A DNA stretch of 64,000 nt from Bacteroidia bacterium (GTDB taxonomy: Bacteria > Bacteroidota > Bacteroidia > JANWJV01), in assembly GCA_025451785.1 (NCBI GenBank), contig JANWJV010000124.1, forward strand, positions 2,428 through 66,427, read 5' to 3'. How positions within the stretch are numbered: the first letter of the stretch is position 1; the number at the start of each line of letters is the position of its first letter. Of the stretch, positions 61,601 through 64,000 are shown piece by piece. Below the pieces are notes generated by a model that had not been told where the DNA came from, ran no database searches, and saw only the letters and a program-made list of their open reading frames with translations. The position numbers and the translations under genes were made by a program.

Positions 61601-64000
61601 CCTACAGCTGGAGCAATGGCCAGACCGGCGCTTCTGCCACTGGTCTTACCGCTGGAACTTATACTATTACCGTAACAGATCAGAACGGATGTTCTGCTTT
61701 CGCTACAGTAATCATCACTCAGCCAACACAGCTTACCGCGGGTATTTCCGGATGGAGCAACCCCAACTGTTCGGGCGGCAGCAACGGCACCGCGTCGGCA
61801 ACAGCCAGCGGAGGTACGGGCAGCATCACTTATAGCTGGAGCACCGGTGCCACCGGTGGTTCGGTGACAGGTCTTACCGCGGGAACATATACCGTTACCT
61901 CGGTAGATGCCAACAACTGTACGCAGATGGCTACCCTCGTGGTAAGCCAGCCCACGGCGCTTGTGGTGGGAATATCAACTCAAACCAATATCAGCTGCAA
62001 CGGCGGTAACAACGGTTCGGCTACCGCTACATCCACCGGAGGTTCGGGCGGAACACAATATGTGTGGAGCACCGGCCAAAGCGCCGCTACGGCAACGGGC
62101 CTAACGGCAGGCACTTATACTGTTACGGCGACCGACGTTAACGGCTGTACGAGAACCACTACTGTTACAATAACACAACCGTCAACCATCAACCTTCTTA
62201 CATCCACCGTCAATTCCACTTGTGGACAGGCCAATGGTACGGCAACAGTTACCGCTTCGGGTGGTACGGGAGCCTTCACGTATTCATGGTCCTTTGGTTC
62301 GCAAACAACACAAACGGCCACCGGCCTTGCGGCGAATACCTATACCGTACTGGTGACCGACGCGAATGGTTGTACCAAAACAGCAACAGTTACTGTAGTG
62401 AATGCTGGCTCACCCACGGTGGGCATCAGCACGCAAACCAATGTGAGCTGCTTTGGCGGCAATAATGGTACTGCCACCGCCACCGCATCGGGCGGAACCG
62501 GAACACTTACGTACTCATGGACACCTTCAGGTGGTACAGGTTCAACAGGTACCGGAATGACAGCAGGTACCTATACTATTACTGTTACCGATCAGAACGG
62601 ATGTTCGGCAACAGCAACCGTTACTATCACTCAGCCCACACAGCTTACCGCTGCGGCTGCCACAGGCGCTAACGTAAGCTGCACCGGGGGCAACAACGGC
62701 TCCGCAGGAGTAACAGCAGCCGGAGGAACAGTGAACTACACATACAGCTGGAACAACGGACAGGCAACTGCTACCGCCACCGGTTTAACAGCAGGAACAT
62801 ATACAGTAACCGTGACCGACAGTAAAGGCTGTACTGCTACTGCTACTGCTGCCATAACTCAGCCCGCGCAGCTCACCGCCGGCATTTCGGCACAAGTGAA
62901 TGTAAGCTGTAACGGCGGCAGCAATGGTACCGCTACCGTGACAGCAGCAGGCGGTGTTGCCAACTATACTTTCCTCTGGAGCAATACTCAGAACACGTCG
63001 ACCGCTACTTCACTTACAGCAGGAACTTATACTGTAACCGTGACCGACGCGAACAACTGTACTGCCACCGCTACAGTAACCATCACACAGCCCGCTGCGC
63101 TTACGCTTCAAACTTCTTTTGTGAGCTCCACCTGTTCACAGGCGAACGGCACGGCAACAGTTACTGCTAATGGCGGCACGGGTTCTTATACCTATAGCTG
63201 GAACAACACTCAAACGACACAGACTGCTACGGGCCTTCTGGCCGGTGCTTATACCGTAACCGTTACTGACGCAAACAATTGTACTGCTACCGCTACGGTT
63301 AACGTTACCAATGCCGGCTCGCCCAGTATTGGTATCACCACCAGCGGCAACGTAAGCTGCTTCGGCGGCAACAATGGTACGGCCACCGCAACATCATCAG
63401 GCGGAACAGGTACACTCACCTACAGCTGGAGCCCCAACGGCGGCACAACACTTAACGGAACAGGCCTAAGCGCAGGCACCTATACTGTTAACGTTATTGA
63501 TCAGAACGGCTGTACCGCTACTGCCACTGTGAACATTACCCAGCCTGCAGTTCTCACGGTGAATGCCAGCGGAACTTCCGGCTGCGCGGGTATCGCCGCA
63601 ACTGCTTCCTGTACTGCAGGCGGCGGAACAACCGGATATAACTATGCATGGAGCAACGGACAGACCACGCAAACAGCGACAGGCCTGAGCACTGGTGTAT
63701 ATACCGTAACAGTATCGGATGCCAATAACTGTATCGCTACCGCCACCGCGCAGGTAACCATTAACCCACTGCCAGTAGTGGTGATCAGCGCTGATGATAC
63801 CTCCGGCTGCGAACCGCTTTGTGTGAACTTTACCTGCACTACCGCCAACATCACCAACTGGAGCTGGGATTTCGGAGACGGAAACACGTCTATATTGCAA
63901 AACCCCAATCATTGCTTCAAGAGCTCGGGATCGTATGACATTAAGATCACCATCACCGATAATAATGGCTGTACGAACACGCTGACGAAGAAGGGCTGGA
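58612..64000 (+). CDS. Very large SprB-like adhesin: head A, ~15 SprB repeats, PKD; runs off the window
   Basis: Manual translation MKRSFLITSLILTAGALMAQ..FIENKGQF..KYALVVHPGAD..LIIDPW, ~75-aa repeats, ADDTSGCEPLCVNFTC..WDFGDG. Absent from the ORF track, consistent with an open frame to the window end. Confidence 0.85.
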   Translation, partial: MKRSFLITSLILTAGALMAQSTRPTTGGGWTLNPYENKAFIENKGQFNGKDEVKGSQVYYGVENLGLQIYYSNKGFTYRSDELVPEEKGWSAAIHGLFGRSKQEGEEKELEERLVLKTKTFGMEWLGSNPAVVVKPEGKLPSYSCYNIDGDPKNAINNVPGYEKLVYKNLYPGIDVIYTFHEKEGMKYALVVHPGADISKVKMKWNDASAIAIDASGNLKMQSSMGNFTDHAPVSFYELSRGPVRSAFVLDGNTVSFQLDNYDKSKTLIIDPWTTNPNFTPTNKAWDVEHDAPGNVYVYGAPMPHQLKKFNTAGVLQWTYNTGFTSYPGDLGVDQNGNSYITQSLNGICAKVNNAGGLTWQVAGVYREYWTISIDCSGSKLVIAESYPGTFMSNVNPTTGAISGTTNISPGGQDARAMCVAPNGNYYIITADYASNERLIGVTPAWATVLNVTAIHDPPYNATPLYQTNFIHGYNGITCDTKYLYTNRGATIYKRNITTGATVATAAVPGGTDDANCGIAVDGCGNVYVGSTNAVIKYDSNLTFVTSQPSAAVYDVTIGNTGEIYACGLAFVSSLNFNACYPSLITFNVNAINAGCGGGTGSASVSAVSGGINPYTYSWSPTGGTNAVATGLTSGIYTVTITDATGCKFGVKTVAITSGGGSLTLSSTQNNVSCNGGNNGTATVSSSTGTSPYTYSWNPTGQNTQTATGLTAGTYTVTVTDATGCSSTVQVTLTQPPAMTAGISTSVNVNCNGGNNGSATATASGGTGTITYTWNNGQVSSTATGLTAGTYTVTAKDANGCTQTATVLITQPTLLLTGVSVSTTVSCNGGNNGSITATASGGTAGYSFSWNNGQATANATGLTAGTYTVTTTDSKGCTATATFTVTQPTALVVNGSATTATCGASNGTATATGSGGTAGYTYSWNNGQLTQTATGLGAGTYTVTVTDNKGCTKTFSIAVNNAGSPTAGISTKTNVLCFGGNNGSATATATGGTGTLTYSWSNGQTGASATGLTAGTYTITVTDQNGCSAFATVIITQPTQLTAGISGWSNPNCSGGSNGTASATASGGTGSITYSWSTGATGGSVTGLTAGTYTVTSVDANNCTQMATLVVSQPTALVVGISTQTNISCNGGNNGSATATSTGGSGGTQYVWSTGQSAATATGLTAGTYTVTATDVNGCTRTTTVTITQPSTINLLTSTVNSTCGQANGTATVTASGGTGAFTYSWSFGSQTTQTATGLAANTYTVLVTDANGCTKTATVTVVNAGSPTVGISTQTNVSCFGGNNGTATATASGGTGTLTYSWTPSGGTGSTGTGMTAGTYTITVTDQNGCSATATVTITQPTQLTAAAATGANVSCTGGNNGSAGVTAAGGTVNYTYSWNNGQATATATGLTAGTYTVTVTDSKGCTATATAAITQPAQLTAGISAQVNVSCNGGSNGTATVTAAGGVANYTFLWSNTQNTSTATSLTAGTYTVTVTDANNCTATATVTITQPAALTLQTSFVSSTCSQANGTATVTANGGTGSYTYSWNNTQTTQTATGLLAGAYTVTVTDANNCTATATVNVTNAGSPSIGITTSGNVSCFGGNNGTATATSSGGTGTLTYSWSPNGGTTLNGTGLSAGTYTVNVIDQNGCTATATVNITQPAVLTVNASGTSGCAGIAATASCTAGGGTTGYNYAWSNGQTTQTATGLSTGVYTVTVSDANNCIATATAQVTINPLPVVVISADDTSGCEPLCVNFTCTTANITNWSWDFGDGNTSILQNPNHCFKSSGSYDIKITITDNNGCTNTLTKKGW

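Noticed and set aside
60380-63770. CRISPR-like periodicity
   Set aside because: The repeats are degenerate in-frame protein modules, not identical direct repeats with unique spacers.

Overview
A Bacteroidota chromosomal segment of roughly 50-53% GC, judged by eye. The assignment rests on TAnnTTTG -7 promoter boxes, T9SS type A/B C-terminal domains and a Flavobacterium-type alternative complex III. Housekeeping genes are ftsE, gyrB, mdh, prfC, tsaB, ung, a TolC/membrane-fusion pair and a YyaL-like protein. A complete actABCDEF-coxII-coxI operon sits under a Fur-like palindrome. Much of the window encodes surface proteins: six large PKD/SprB-type proteins (five with a visible type B CTD, one truncated by the window edge), two tandem T9SS type A beta-propellers, a collagen-like fibre and several lipoproteins. 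Two large genes are missing from the ORF track because they cross the window edges: a TMTC-like GT-C glycosyltransferase (<1..1306, -) and a >1790-aa adhesin (58612..>64000, +). The most unusual signals are: (1) short 7-bp tandem-repeat tracts inside coding sequences, two of them at the identical codon position in paralogs; (2) a self-promoted three-gene module with two probably surface-exposed CX4CH cytochrome lipoproteins and a DCC oxidoreductase; (3) head/tail shuffling among the T9SS adhesins; (4) several unrelated REP-like palindromes just past stop codons. No rRNA, tRNA, CRISPR or transposase was seen.
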